DNA from: Thermodesulfovibrionales bacterium
Lineage (GTDB): Bacteria > Nitrospirota > Thermodesulfovibrionia > Thermodesulfovibrionales > UBA6898
Assembly: GCA_044450345.1 (NCBI GenBank)
Contig: JBIOIY010000002.1
Coordinates: 128,001-192,000, forward strand
DNA: 64,000 nucleotides
Reading direction: 5' to 3'
Every line of letters begins with the position of its first letter. Positions within the stretch are counted from its first letter, which is position 1. The notes beneath the pieces were generated by a model, which was not told the origin of the DNA, ran no database searches, and was given only the letters and a program-made list of their open reading frames with translations. The position numbers were made by a program, and so were the translations under genes. Shown here piece after piece: positions 30,172 through 40,236 of the stretch.

Positions 30172-30801
30172 CTACGACTCGATCATAACCATGGTGGTGA
30201 GCATCGCAAGGGACCAAACAATGTCAGAGAGGCCTATCTGAAGGTCGCAGGTGGAATCGAAGAGGAGATCCGCCCTGGCGGGGAATTCCTCATCCTCAAG
30301 CCATAAGATCAGAGTAATTGGCACCCTCGGAAGTGGGTAAAGAATCAGGGAGGCATCTCCGTGCCCAGCCTCCCCGGCGCCGAATTCAAGACCCCGCCTG
30401 ATGAACGTGTCCCTGTCTCTGCCGTATATGGCGGCAACCCGGTCGAGCGGCAGCAGATGGGTCCCGGTGAAAAAACGCTGTCCTCCCCTTACGTCGATAG
30501 GCCTGATGAGCCTGCCGGTGAAAGGGATATCTTTCGCGCTGGACAGATACCAAAGGAGAGATAGCCTGAAAAAATCCTTGAACTTATTTAGGAAGAGAAT
30601 GCTGTTTTCAGAACTGCTGAATATTCTTCTCTCGCTTACTGAAACACAAAAATCTATGCCGAATGATTTTACTATAAAGGGCCCCTTCTCATCATCATGC
30701 CTTACCGAGGCCCTCCGACAAACGTCATGCGCAGGAAGACCCTCAAGGATTTTCCAGACTTTCTCCTCTCCGTGTACCGTCTTTATGGGAACTAGTTCCA
30801 T
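30172..30801 (-). CDS. DUF3786-domain protein
   Basis: GGQRFF, GDAS...LPRVP...W..DEEFPA...LFD pattern. Confidence 0.8.
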   Translation of the reverse strand: MELVPIKTVHGEEKVWKILEGLPAHDVCRRASVRHDDEKGPFIVKSFGIDFCVSVSERRIFSSSENSILFLNKFKDFFRLSLLWYLSSAKDIPFTGRLIRPIDVRGGQRFFTGTHLLPLDRVAAIYGRDRDTFIRRGLEFGAGEAGHGDASLILYPLPRVPITLILWLEDEEFPARADLLFDSTCDLQIGLSDIVWSLAMLTTMVMIES

Positions 30802-30955
30802 ATTTTACTCCCTAATAATATATAATAATTATGCATTCTTTTGTGATAGACTGTGCGTATTTGCTTATGGTATTATAAATAAAACTAATGAATTTATCCA
30901 TCCAGTTGTCGGTATTTTTCCTAAATTCAGCCTAGCAGATGGAAGGAGGCAGAAC

Positions 30956-31816
30956 GTGTATAAGATTCTGAAAAAAGAGGTGCTCAGCGATGTCACAAAA
31001 CTTATGGACATCGAGGCGCCGCATGTCGCCAGAAAGGCGCGGGCGGGCCAGTTCATCATCGTGCGCATCGATGAGCAGGGCGAGCGGATACCGCTCACTA
31101 TCGCGGATTATGACCGGGATGCGGGTCTGATCACAATCATATTCCAGGAAGTGGGAAAGTCCACCATGCAGCTCGGCAAACTCGAGCCTGGCGATACCGT
31201 CGCCTCATTTGCGGGACCCTTGGGACACCCGACCGAGATCGAAAACTACGGAACGGTTGTCTGCGTGGGCGGAGGCGTCGGTGTGGCCCCGATCTATCCC
31301 ATCGCCAAGGCGCTCCATGAAGCGGGTAATTCGGTCATATCCATCATTGGCGCCCGTAATAAGTCCCTGCTCTTCTGGGAAGAGAAAATGCGGGCGGTAT
31401 CGAGCGAACTTATCGTCTGCACAGACGACGGCTCTCATGGAAGAAAGTCCCTTGTGACCGAGCCCCTCACCGAGATACTCAAGGACCCCGGCAGGAAGGT
31501 CGCCCATGTCTGGGCCATAGGCCCCGCCATCATGATGAAGTTCGTCGCTGCGGCGACGAAACCTTTCACCGTGCCGACCACCGTAAGCCTTAACACCATC
31601 ATGATCGATGGAACGGGCATGTGCGGAGGCTGCCGCGTTCTGCTCGAGGACGGCGCGCGCTTCGTCTGCGTGGACGGCCCTGAATTCAACGGCCACAAGG
31701 TCGACTGGGACAACCTTCTGTCGCGCCTCCAGTTCTACAGGGAAGAGGAGCGGGCAGCAGTGGAACATTATGACCACAAATGCAAACTTGAAGGAGCTGC
31801 CGGGGGAGGTAAGTAA
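30956..31816 (+). CDS. nfnA: NfnA (SudB-like) subunit of electron-bifurcating transhydrogenase
   Basis: GTG start after GGAGG; GERIPLTIAD, GGGVG, DGTGMCGGCRV...CVDGPEF. Confidence 0.9.
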   Translation: MYKILKKEVLSDVTKLMDIEAPHVARKARAGQFIIVRIDEQGERIPLTIADYDRDAGLITIIFQEVGKSTMQLGKLEPGDTVASFAGPLGHPTEIENYGTVVCVGGGVGVAPIYPIAKALHEAGNSVISIIGARNKSLLFWEEKMRAVSSELIVCTDDGSHGRKSLVTEPLTEILKDPGRKVAHVWAIGPAIMMKFVAAATKPFTVPTTVSLNTIMIDGTGMCGGCRVLLEDGARFVCVDGPEFNGHKVDWDNLLSRLQFYREEERAAVEHYDHKCKLEGAAGGGK

Positions 31817-33267
31817 TGGCTGAACTAACACAAAAAGAACGGATGCAGATAAAGCGCCACGACATGCCGAACCAGGACCAGCATATCCGGCGCGGCAATT
31901 TCGAAGAGGTCGCTCTCGGTTATTCGGAAGAAACGGCCCGGCGGGAGGCCGAGCGCTGCCTCCAGTGCAAAGAGCCGAAATGCGTCAAGGGGTGCCCTGT
32001 GGGAGTCATGATACCACAGTTCATCAAGGCCCTCAGGGAGGGCGATATGATCAAGGCTGTGGAATGGATGAAGGTGAAGAACAACCTTCCGGCCATCTGC
32101 GGAAGGGTATGCCCCCAGGAGGTCCAGTGTGAGGGCAATTGCATCCTGGCGAAGAAGGGCAAGGCGGTGGCCATCGGCAGGCTCGAGCGGTTTGTGGGCG
32201 ATTTTGAATTGTTGCACCGCACCTGCCCGCTCGTGAAGGCGCCGAAGTCCGGGAAGAAGATTGCCGTAGTCGGCTCGGGACCGGCTGGCCTCACCTGTGC
32301 CGTGGACCTCGGCCGGGCGGGTCATGATATAACACTGTTTGAATCCCTCCACGGCCCGGGTGGCGTGCTCGTCTACGGCATCCCTGAGTTCAGGCTGCCC
32401 AAGAAAGTAGTGCATGGCGAGATAAGCTACGCCGTTGAATGCCTCGGCATCCAGCTCAAGACCGACCACGTCATCGGGCGTACTTTCACCCTGAATGAAC
32501 TTCTGACTGACTACGACGCAGTATTCCTCGGCACCGGCGCAGGTCTCCCCTCTTTCATGAGGATACCCGGCATCAACCTTAACGGCGTTATGTCTGCAAA
32601 TGAGTTCCTGACGAGGGTAAACCTCATGAAGGCATATCAGTTCCCGGAATTCGACACACCGGTTAAGATCGGAAAGAAGATTGCTGTCGTCGGCGGAGGC
32701 AATGTTGCCATGGACTCAGTCAGGTGCAGTCTGAGGCTTCAGGCGCTGCAGGCGCAGCAGACCGGAGATAAACCGGGTGAGGTCCACCTCGTTTACCGCC
32801 GTTCCTCGGATGAGATACCCGCACGTGCCGAAGAGTTCCACCACGCCATTGAGGAAGGCGTCATCTGTGACTTCCTGACGAACCCGATCGAGATCGTCGG
32901 CAACGGAAAAGGCGGCGTGAAAGGGCTCCGCTGCATCAAGATGCAGCTCGGCGAACCCGATGCCTCCGGCCGGCGAAAGCCCGTGCCGATACCCGGTTCT
33001 GAGTTCGAGATGGAGATGGACACGGTCATCATGGCCCTCGGAACCAGCCCCAACCCGCTCGTCTTTGTTGATGCAGCGGGGCTCGAAAGGACAAAACACG
33101 GCACCGCGGTTGCGGACACCGAAACGGGAAGGACGATGAGACATCGCGTCTGGGCCGGAGGCGACATCGTGACAGGCGCGGCAACGGTGATCAGCGCCAT
33201 GGGCGCCGGCAAGAGGGCTGCAGCCGACATCAACAACTTTCTGAAGGGCGAAGCCCATTGGGAATAA
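31816..33267 (+). CDS. nfnB: NfnB (GltD/SudA-like) subunit
   Basis: RCLQC...CP, CGRVCPQE.QCE, GSGPAG, GGGNVAMD, GGDIVTGAATVI; follows nfnA. Confidence 0.9.
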   Translation: MAELTQKERMQIKRHDMPNQDQHIRRGNFEEVALGYSEETARREAERCLQCKEPKCVKGCPVGVMIPQFIKALREGDMIKAVEWMKVKNNLPAICGRVCPQEVQCEGNCILAKKGKAVAIGRLERFVGDFELLHRTCPLVKAPKSGKKIAVVGSGPAGLTCAVDLGRAGHDITLFESLHGPGGVLVYGIPEFRLPKKVVHGEISYAVECLGIQLKTDHVIGRTFTLNELLTDYDAVFLGTGAGLPSFMRIPGINLNGVMSANEFLTRVNLMKAYQFPEFDTPVKIGKKIAVVGGGNVAMDSVRCSLRLQALQAQQTGDKPGEVHLVYRRSSDEIPARAEEFHHAIEEGVICDFLTNPIEIVGNGKGGVKGLRCIKMQLGEPDASGRRKPVPIPGSEFEMEMDTVIMALGTSPNPLVFVDAAGLERTKHGTAVADTETGRTMRHRVWAGGDIVTGAATVISAMGAGKRAAADINNFLKGEAHWE

Positions 33268-33287
33268 GACGGGCCTCCTGATCGGAT

Positions 33288-33329
33288 ATAACAAAAGACC
33301 CCGCTAGGAATAGCGGGGTCTTTTGTTAT
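33288..33329. terminator. bidirectional terminator after nfnB
   Basis: Perfect stem ATAACAAAAGACCCCGCTA/TAGCGGGGTCTTTTGTTAT. Confidence 0.9.
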
Positions 33330-33450
33330 CACACTTAGTTTTTGCTGTGGATTTCACTTCAAAGAAATATTTTCAAAGCCTCTTGGCATCCTCCACTCCT
33401 TTCGCCCCGCACATTCCGCATCTAGGAAGTCAGGAATTCTCATGCGCACC

Positions 33451-33487
33451 AAAAAGAAGGCCCCCGCTCCTTAGAGCAGGGGCCTTC
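33451..33487 (-). terminator. terminator of the acs/cooS operon
   Basis: GAAGGCCCC/GGGGCCTTC stem plus T-run on the minus strand. Confidence 0.75.
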
Positions 33488-33516
33488 ACTTCCGACCTCA
33501 AGAAGAATGCTTTTTC

Positions 33517-35520
33517 TTAATAGATGCCCACATGGGGCTTCGCAGCCCGCTCGATATCACGTCTTGCGGCCATATCCATAAGCACCTTCTCGGTACCGAA
33601 CTTACCATACTCGTACTTCCTCAGCTTGAGGGCCGTCCTCGCCTTGTCGATGTAGTCAAGAGCCATGGCGAGAATTTTTTCCGGGTCAGGCTCAAAGTGG
33701 AGCGCTCCCCTGTAACGTTCGAACCAGACCTCGGTCATAATCCTAGTGACCTCTTTGCTCGCCTCTACCGGAGACGCGCCGCCGAAGATGACCGGAACGC
33801 CGGAGGCCGCAAAGTACATGCCGATGGCCACCGCCTTTTCCGTGACCCACTCAGGTGCGATACCGACTGCAGGCATGCCCCCGATCTCATCGGAGAGACC
33901 GCCTTCCGCAGCCATGGCGGTGGCGATAGTGAGAATCCGCGTATTATCTACACAAGAGCCGAGGTGCAGGATGGGCGGTATGCCGATAGCCTCGCAAACC
34001 TCTCTCAGGCCGGGGCCGGCATTTTCAAGCGCATTTTCCGGTGTGAGAAAGCCTGCGCCGGCGCAGGCGCCCGAGCTGCAGCCGGTGGAGACGATAAGAA
34101 CATCGTTCTTGATCAACTCTTTTGCAAGATATTTGTGAACACCCGTTGAAGGAACCCTCGGGTTGTCGCATCCTGCCAGTCCTACAACACCCCTGACCCT
34201 GCCTGCTGCGATAGCATCATTAAGCGGCCTGAAAGAACCGCGCCATTTTCCGCCCTGCATGTATTCGATATACTCCTGGGAGAACCCTGCAATGACCGGA
34301 AAACGGGCTGAAGAGTGGCTTCCCTTCGTCGTGCGATTGGGATAGTTGTCTATCGCCATCTTCACGATCTCACGCGCCACCTCTTTCGCCCTGTGTTCAT
34401 CAAAGGGCATGTGGATCGCGCCGGGTATCTTGACCTTATCTGATGTGGTAATGACCTTCGTATGGAACTTCTTCGCCACATCGACAATGGCAGGCATGAT
34501 GCACTGGACATCCACAGTAAAGGCATCAATAAGTCCGGTCATTATGGCCGGCTCCTGGTTGGTGAACCCGCCTGCAGTCGGTATCCCGTGCCTCATGAGC
34601 ACTTCATTAGCCGTGCAGCACATACCTCCCACGTTGATCCCCTTAGCACCCTTAGCCTTTGCATGCGCAACCATTGCCGGCTCGCAGACGACATCGATAA
34701 TCATCTCAGCAAGAGAAGGTTCGTGACCGTGGACTATGATGTTCACTTCGTCTTCCTTGAATATGCCAAGGCTCGCCTCCGCCTTCACCGGCATCGGCGT
34801 GCCGAACAGGATATCAGAAATATCGGTAGAGATCATACTGCCCGCCCATCCGTCGGCCAATGAGCATCTCAGTGCCTGGTCCAGAATGGAATCGGGGTCC
34901 GCGTCCATTCCCATGGTCGTCCTGTCCATGGTCTCGGCAATCTCCCTGTCTACGCCCCTTGGAGTGATCCCGTATTTCTTCCAGCGCTCCTGGGTCTTTT
35001 TGGGAGCGCGCGCAACATAGTTTAATTCACCACGCTGCCTTCCAAAGTCCTCCATAAACTTGGTAGCCACATCCTTGGCGACATCCAATACGGGCCTTCC
35101 TTCAAATTCAATATTGAGTATGCTTGCAACCCGGTACAGCTTTTTCACGTCCTTGATCCGGAAGTCCTTGGCCTCGCCGTTGGCAACTGCAAGGAGGGTA
35201 AAGACCATGTCCCTGCCGTGGTCGCCGTGGCAGGCAGATCCTCCTGCCGCCATTCTCGCAATAGAGCGTGCTGAAATGGTAGAAAGGTCTGCGCCGCATA
35301 TGCCCTTCGCCTGTTTTTCAGCATCCTTGCCTGTCAGCCTGCAGGGACCCATATGGCAACTCTTGCAGCATGCACCGCTATGACCGATCGGGCAGGGCTT
35401 CATCTTCTCAGCCCTGTCAAAGCAGGTTTCGATCTCCTCGAACTTACCCCATTCCAGTATCGCCTCAGCAGCAGGCTCAGCGCTTCTTACCCGTTTCTCT
35501 TTTTTTTCTTCCTTACTCAT
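33517..35520 (-). CDS. cooS: anaerobic Ni-Fe CO dehydrogenase catalytic subunit (AcsA)
   Basis: C-X7-CCxxCxxGPC D/B clusters, HGHEP, CCTANE, VDVQC, GSCVD, EKA. Confidence 0.96.
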   Translation of the reverse strand: MSKEEKKEKRVRSAEPAAEAILEWGKFEEIETCFDRAEKMKPCPIGHSGACCKSCHMGPCRLTGKDAEKQAKGICGADLSTISARSIARMAAGGSACHGDHGRDMVFTLLAVANGEAKDFRIKDVKKLYRVASILNIEFEGRPVLDVAKDVATKFMEDFGRQRGELNYVARAPKKTQERWKKYGITPRGVDREIAETMDRTTMGMDADPDSILDQALRCSLADGWAGSMISTDISDILFGTPMPVKAEASLGIFKEDEVNIIVHGHEPSLAEMIIDVVCEPAMVAHAKAKGAKGINVGGMCCTANEVLMRHGIPTAGGFTNQEPAIMTGLIDAFTVDVQCIMPAIVDVAKKFHTKVITTSDKVKIPGAIHMPFDEHRAKEVAREIVKMAIDNYPNRTTKGSHSSARFPVIAGFSQEYIEYMQGGKWRGSFRPLNDAIAAGRVRGVVGLAGCDNPRVPSTGVHKYLAKELIKNDVLIVSTGCSSGACAGAGFLTPENALENAGPGLREVCEAIGIPPILHLGSCVDNTRILTIATAMAAEGGLSDEIGGMPAVGIAPEWVTEKAVAIGMYFAASGVPVIFGGASPVEASKEVTRIMTEVWFERYRGALHFEPDPEKILAMALDYIDKARTALKLRKYEYGKFGTEKVLMDMAARRDIERAAKPHVGIY

Positions 35521-35601
35521 AATTTACCTCCATCTTTTAAATCCCGGCTCCTTTCCCATGCGTCAAGAAATGATCCGGAACCATATTTATGCTACTGCGG
35601 T

Positions 35602-37800
35602 TTATAACATCGGCTCCATTTCAAGGGCAGGATGTCCCACCTTTGACAGGTGCTCCAGGAGCTTCTCCGAGTCCTCGCATATGCTTTCATCTGCTATCTT
35701 GTCGAGGAGGTCGGGAACCCCGGCCTCTTCGGCTCTCTTTTTGAAATCATCGCTTATCCGCTCCTTCAATGACTTCGGCATCCATACGATCCTCTTGATA
35801 CCGCCGTCCCCAAAAAGGAACTTTTTGCTCGCCACGAAATTCACACCGACTCCCATAAAGCCGGGAGTCTGGGCGCCGCCGCCGACGGTGCCGGCGAGGG
35901 TGGAGAACTTCATGCCGACAGGTGTCATCCCGGTATGTCCCCTGTGCACGAGCATGACGCCGTTTGCCTCTGGTATGATGGCGATAATGCACTCGAAACA
36001 TCCGCACGAGGTCATAGGGTTTTCCATCAGCGTATAGAGATTCATTGTTTCAACGGCGCCGCCTGTAGCCTTTCTCAGATAGTCATCAGAACCGGTATAG
36101 CGGCCATACCTCGCATCCAGACACTCACCTTTTGCTATTGGCTGGTTCCCGCCCGTGGGATCGATCTCATAGGCCGCCTTTCCGTCAAGCCAGTTGTAGG
36201 CCCCGCAGAGTCCGAGCCTTTCAGGGGTAATTACACATACATGGCTCGGAGCAAAGGACTGACAGAGGAGACAGGAATAAAACGTATCCACCGCCTCGTC
36301 CGTGAGGCTCCCGACACGCTGGTCTCGTTCTTTGTAAGCCTGACGGGCATGCCCGAGCTGTTCCTTGACGTCTTTGTCGTCAATGAATAAAGTCACCTGG
36401 ACTTTGTCCACGATGGATCTGAACCGATGATGGGTCATGGCGGCGTTAAGTATGCCGAGGTGTTCGAGGGTGAAGCCATCCTTTTTAGCGTTGGTGCTTA
36501 TCCTTACCCAGTTAATATCTCTCTGTCCCATGTGCCAGACACCCTGGGCCTCGTTGATGTTTGAATGGATCTTCCTCTCGATGACCGACTCAAAGTCCTT
36601 CTGCATCTTTCTCCCGGCGCACTCGATGAGCATGCCGAGGGGCATCTGGCCGCCTTTTTCAAAACGCTCTTGCCAGTTTTCGCCGACGATGATGACCTTG
36701 TTGTCCTCGATCTCGTTCATCTCCCTCATTCGCACCCACTCAAAGGCAGCAGTCCGCTGGCCGCCAAATTCAATAAACGTATCTTCCTTCCTGATCCTTT
36801 CCCCTTCGAAGGCGGGGCCGAATGCAACGGGGATCGGCGGTTTTTCGACAGTTATCTTAAGACCTCTCATCTCGATCGCCTTCTGCACAATCTTGGCATG
36901 GTCGAACTCCTTATCAACCTCTTCATAGGTGCATACACCGGTAGGATGGATGACCGGAATGTCCGTGTCCCCAATGGCCGGGAATCCCATGTTGATGGCG
37001 CCGGCCCCTGTGGACCACTTTATGTCGTCGAGTTCACCGAGCACGATAGCAAAGGCGAATACCCTGTCCTTCTGGTACTTAAGGTGCTCTTTGAAATCTC
37101 CGGGCTTCTTGCCGCCGAAGATCAGCGAGGCCCTTATCGCCCAGTCCAGGGCATAGAGCGTATGTTCAGTGTCGGGACCGAGGGGTACTATCCTGGTATC
37201 CCACCCTAGTTCTACTCCCTTTCTCAGGAGCTGTTTTGTCACACTGTCCCCTTTCGACTGCCCCGAGAGAAAGGTGAGTATGTTCTTCCCCTGGAGTTCC
37301 CTGCAGATATTTACCGCGATGTCATCAGTCGGTGCGGCTCCCAGGATAGCAGCAAAACCGGGCATTGTTCCATCAACGAGCTGAATGCCGAGGTTCCTCT
37401 GGATCGTATCTGAGATGAAACCATTATAGACGTACCCGGTTTCCGGGTCCTTGCACGGCTCCAGCCCATGTATATATCTGAGGGCCAGCAGGATCTCCTC
37501 GGCGAACAGAGTTCCCATGCCCGAGTCAAGGGCCTCACCGAGATACGGTTTCCAGATATGTTCCTCCGGTTCGTCATGCAGCAGCTCTTTGGCAAATCCC
37601 ATCGCAACGTTCATGTCGCCGAGGGTCTTTACCTGAAACCCTGTCATTGCATAAATCATGGGAAGATAAAAGGCCGTATCCGGAAATTCGAACACAAAGT
37701 CCTTGCCCTTTTCGGCTATCGTCTTCTGAAGCAGATCATCCGCCTGCTTGACCAGTTTGTGCGTACCTCTAATGACTGCGGTCGCTATTAACTTGGACAT
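35602..37800 (-). CDS. acsB: acetyl-CoA synthase (bacterial type)
   Basis: FPDTAFYLP, YSCLLCQSFAPSHVC, PERLGLCG, PMTSCGCFEC. Confidence 0.96.
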   Translation of the reverse strand: MSKLIATAVIRGTHKLVKQADDLLQKTIAEKGKDFVFEFPDTAFYLPMIYAMTGFQVKTLGDMNVAMGFAKELLHDEPEEHIWKPYLGEALDSGMGTLFAEEILLALRYIHGLEPCKDPETGYVYNGFISDTIQRNLGIQLVDGTMPGFAAILGAAPTDDIAVNICRELQGKNILTFLSGQSKGDSVTKQLLRKGVELGWDTRIVPLGPDTEHTLYALDWAIRASLIFGGKKPGDFKEHLKYQKDRVFAFAIVLGELDDIKWSTGAGAINMGFPAIGDTDIPVIHPTGVCTYEEVDKEFDHAKIVQKAIEMRGLKITVEKPPIPVAFGPAFEGERIRKEDTFIEFGGQRTAAFEWVRMREMNEIEDNKVIIVGENWQERFEKGGQMPLGMLIECAGRKMQKDFESVIERKIHSNINEAQGVWHMGQRDINWVRISTNAKKDGFTLEHLGILNAAMTHHRFRSIVDKVQVTLFIDDKDVKEQLGHARQAYKERDQRVGSLTDEAVDTFYSCLLCQSFAPSHVCVITPERLGLCGAYNWLDGKAAYEIDPTGGNQPIAKGECLDARYGRYTGSDDYLRKATGGAVETMNLYTLMENPMTSCGCFECIIAIIPEANGVMLVHRGHTGMTPVGMKFSTLAGTVGGGAQTPGFMGVGVNFVASKKFLFGDGGIKRIVWMPKSLKERISDDFKKRAEEAGVPDLLDKIADESICEDSEKLLEHLSKVGHPALEMEPML

Positions 37801-37850
37801 TCTCCAACCTCCTTATGTTTTTTTATTATATACTATATAAAGTATATTTC

Positions 37851-39194
37851 CTAGCTTGCTCGCGCCTTAAGGAAAGCGGGAATCGCATTCGCTTCCCTGG
37901 GTCCTACTGTTATCTTCCATCCCGGGAGCTTGTCCTCGATAGAACCGCTCAATATAGCGACGTATCCCGGGATAATAAGTTCCTTGTGGGATATCTCCTT
38001 ATCAACGCCGCTCTCCGTGATAAACTGTGCTATCTTCGATGCGGTGAATTTTCCCGCTGCCCATCCGGTCAGGACCGAAAGCCCTTCGCAATCTAACACG
38101 GCCAATCTGCTCGGCACCTTGCTGTTCTCTATTTCTCCTGAAACGATAAAGTAGGTGAGGGAGAAATTAGACGTGATGAAGAGCGGAGCCTCCGTCTTCG
38201 CATCCCCTATAGTATAGATTTTCTGTTCTACCTGCATCGGGACCTGCGGGTCGGTATAGATGTTCTGGCGCAGGGTAAACAGGGCAAGGTTCTTCCATTT
38301 TTCGATGCTGCTCAAAACGACTATTGAAGAATATTTGGCCACGCCGATAACAGCAATAAGGGCTTCATGAAGGCTATCTTCACGCTGCGCAAAATTGATC
38401 ACAGGATATCCCACGGGCTTGAAATTCTTTTTTACGGCGGCCCTTCTCATAAGCGTGTTGTGTTCGAGAATGTCCTTTGCTTTCCTTGCGCCCGAGTCTA
38501 TCACCATATCCTCAACGCCAAGGCCTTTGATCTTTTCTGTGAGATCGCAGAGCTCATCGAGGCCGTTTCCAACAACCCCGAGGACGGCCTTGTGCGTCTT
38601 GGCGACAGCCGCCATTGCTTCGAAATTTGAAGCGTTCGCGCCATACACAACCGGCCTTTTACCCGCAAACAGTTTGATCGCGGTCTCTGCGGCCTTGGGA
38701 TCAGCGGTGCAAAGGATCACGGGAACATCGGGGGCCTTGCCGGCAACCACTTTTGCTGCGGCTTCGAACTTGCCCGCATCATTCGATGCATTCGTAAGTG
38801 CGATAGCGTTAATCCTCAACTTTTGACCGACGCGGTCTATTTCAGACCCGAGCACCTCTCCGGCCAGCTTGGATATTTCGCCCTCTGAAGCAGTGTCCCT
38901 TATCTCGACGGCAAAGACGCAGGGATTCACGAATTTCTTCTCATGTCTGAACAGGACAGTCTCCTCCCCCATCTTTACTGCCATGCCGCCGACACCAAAG
39001 GTTATCGGCCTGACAGGCGGGGCAGACGCCTCGCCGAGTACCCTTTTTGCCTCTTCAGATACGTCCGGGCATGAATCAAGTGTCGCTTGCCGCTGGGCAA
39101 GTTTCATCGCAAAGGCAAGGCAGGTAGGATGTCCGCATTTCTTACAATTTGTTTTCGGTAACAGCTTAAATATTTCAACGCCTGATAACGCCAT
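37851..39194 (-). CDS. acsC: corrinoid iron-sulfur protein large subunit
   Basis: LPKTNCKKCGHPTCLAFA, ETVLFRHEK, LRQNIYTDPQ, NFSLTYF. Confidence 0.96.
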   Translation of the reverse strand: MALSGVEIFKLLPKTNCKKCGHPTCLAFAMKLAQRQATLDSCPDVSEEAKRVLGEASAPPVRPITFGVGGMAVKMGEETVLFRHEKKFVNPCVFAVEIRDTASEGEISKLAGEVLGSEIDRVGQKLRINAIALTNASNDAGKFEAAAKVVAGKAPDVPVILCTADPKAAETAIKLFAGKRPVVYGANASNFEAMAAVAKTHKAVLGVVGNGLDELCDLTEKIKGLGVEDMVIDSGARKAKDILEHNTLMRRAAVKKNFKPVGYPVINFAQREDSLHEALIAVIGVAKYSSIVVLSSIEKWKNLALFTLRQNIYTDPQVPMQVEQKIYTIGDAKTEAPLFITSNFSLTYFIVSGEIENSKVPSRLAVLDCEGLSVLTGWAAGKFTASKIAQFITESGVDKEISHKELIIPGYVAILSGSIEDKLPGWKITVGPREANAIPAFLKARAS

Positions 39195-39208
39195 TTGATT
39201 GACCTCCG

Positions 39209-40150
39209 TTACATTAGTTCTTCAATGGTTTTTTGGACGGCCTCAACCGCCTTTGGATGTCTCATAATAAGCAACTCAGCACCGGCAACAAGCAAGGCGG
39301 TAGCTGTAACAGCCTCCCATGCGATGCCGCGCTCCTCGACAGTACCCCAGTGAGGCAGATCCGTCTCGGATGCTTGAGCCTCCTTGACCTTCCAGACATA
39401 CATTCCGACGTCGCCCATTAGAGGCGGCTGCATGGTGGCGTCATTCTGCGTCAGCGCTGCGAGTCGTATCCTCTCCATGACCGAATAGGTATATTCAAGC
39501 CCGTATCCCAGTGCCGAGCACATGGGGTCCGTTATCAGTTTTTCCTTCTCGAAACCCATCTGGCCAATAAGGATGTTGAGCTGTTTCGAGAGGTTTATAT
39601 CAAGCTCAGACATGGCGATAAGCTTATGATTGTTTGCCATTGCCGCGGCAGCTATCGTCTTATAGTTCGCCTCCTGGGCCTTGCCGATGATGCAGTTCTT
39701 ATCCTTTGCCGCCTCGGCAGCAGCCACGAGCACTGCCGAATCCTTTTCAGGATGGTTGCTTCCGAGGACGACGAGGGGCACATTAATGGACGCCAGAACG
39801 TCCTTCACTGTCTTCGCAGCATCTTCAGGTGAGCGGTTTTCCCTGTCAGGATGAGTACCGATCAGCCTCAACGCTATAGCCTTCGCCTTGAGTTCATCCT
39901 GGCAATATCTGGCCCACTTAACCGGATCACCCGAAACCCCCTCAAATGGTTTCTTCACGTTCTCCGGCCAGTCCGCAGGCGGCACGTCCTGGATCTCAAG
40001 TGCAATAACCGGCCTGTTCGGAGCACTGCCTTCAAAAGAATGGAAAGGGAGAACGTTTTCTCCTCCGACCGTAGCCGCGCTATCCCCCATTCCGATGGTT
40101 ACGGGATATACCTTCCCCGAATATGTCTCTTTTGCTGGTGTAAAAGCCAT
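39209..40150 (-). CDS. acsD: corrinoid iron-sulfur protein small subunit
   Basis: DINLSKQLN, ALGYGLEYTYSVMERIRLAAL, MRHP. Confidence 0.95.
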   Translation of the reverse strand: MAFTPAKETYSGKVYPVTIGMGDSAATVGGENVLPFHSFEGSAPNRPVIALEIQDVPPADWPENVKKPFEGVSGDPVKWARYCQDELKAKAIALRLIGTHPDRENRSPEDAAKTVKDVLASINVPLVVLGSNHPEKDSAVLVAAAEAAKDKNCIIGKAQEANYKTIAAAAMANNHKLIAMSELDINLSKQLNILIGQMGFEKEKLITDPMCSALGYGLEYTYSVMERIRLAALTQNDATMQPPLMGDVGMYVWKVKEAQASETDLPHWGTVEERGIAWEAVTATALLVAGAELLIMRHPKAVEAVQKTIEELM

Positions 40151-40168
40151 CTTATCCTCCTAATAATC

Positions 40169-40230
40169 AGTATCAGTGTTTAGTATCAGTGCGTTATGTC
40201 AGTCCGGATTCATTATCCTGACTGATACTG
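40169..40230. repeat. short direct/inverted repeat in the acsE-acsD spacer
   Basis: AGTATCAGTG twice plus inverted ACTGATACTG; can form a hairpin. Confidence 0.55.
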
Positions 40231-40236
40231 CATTTA

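Noticed and set aside
30401..30955. 185-aa N-terminal extension of NfnA in the ORF track
   Set aside because: Overlaps the antisense DUF3786 gene; the real start is GTG 30956 after GGAGG
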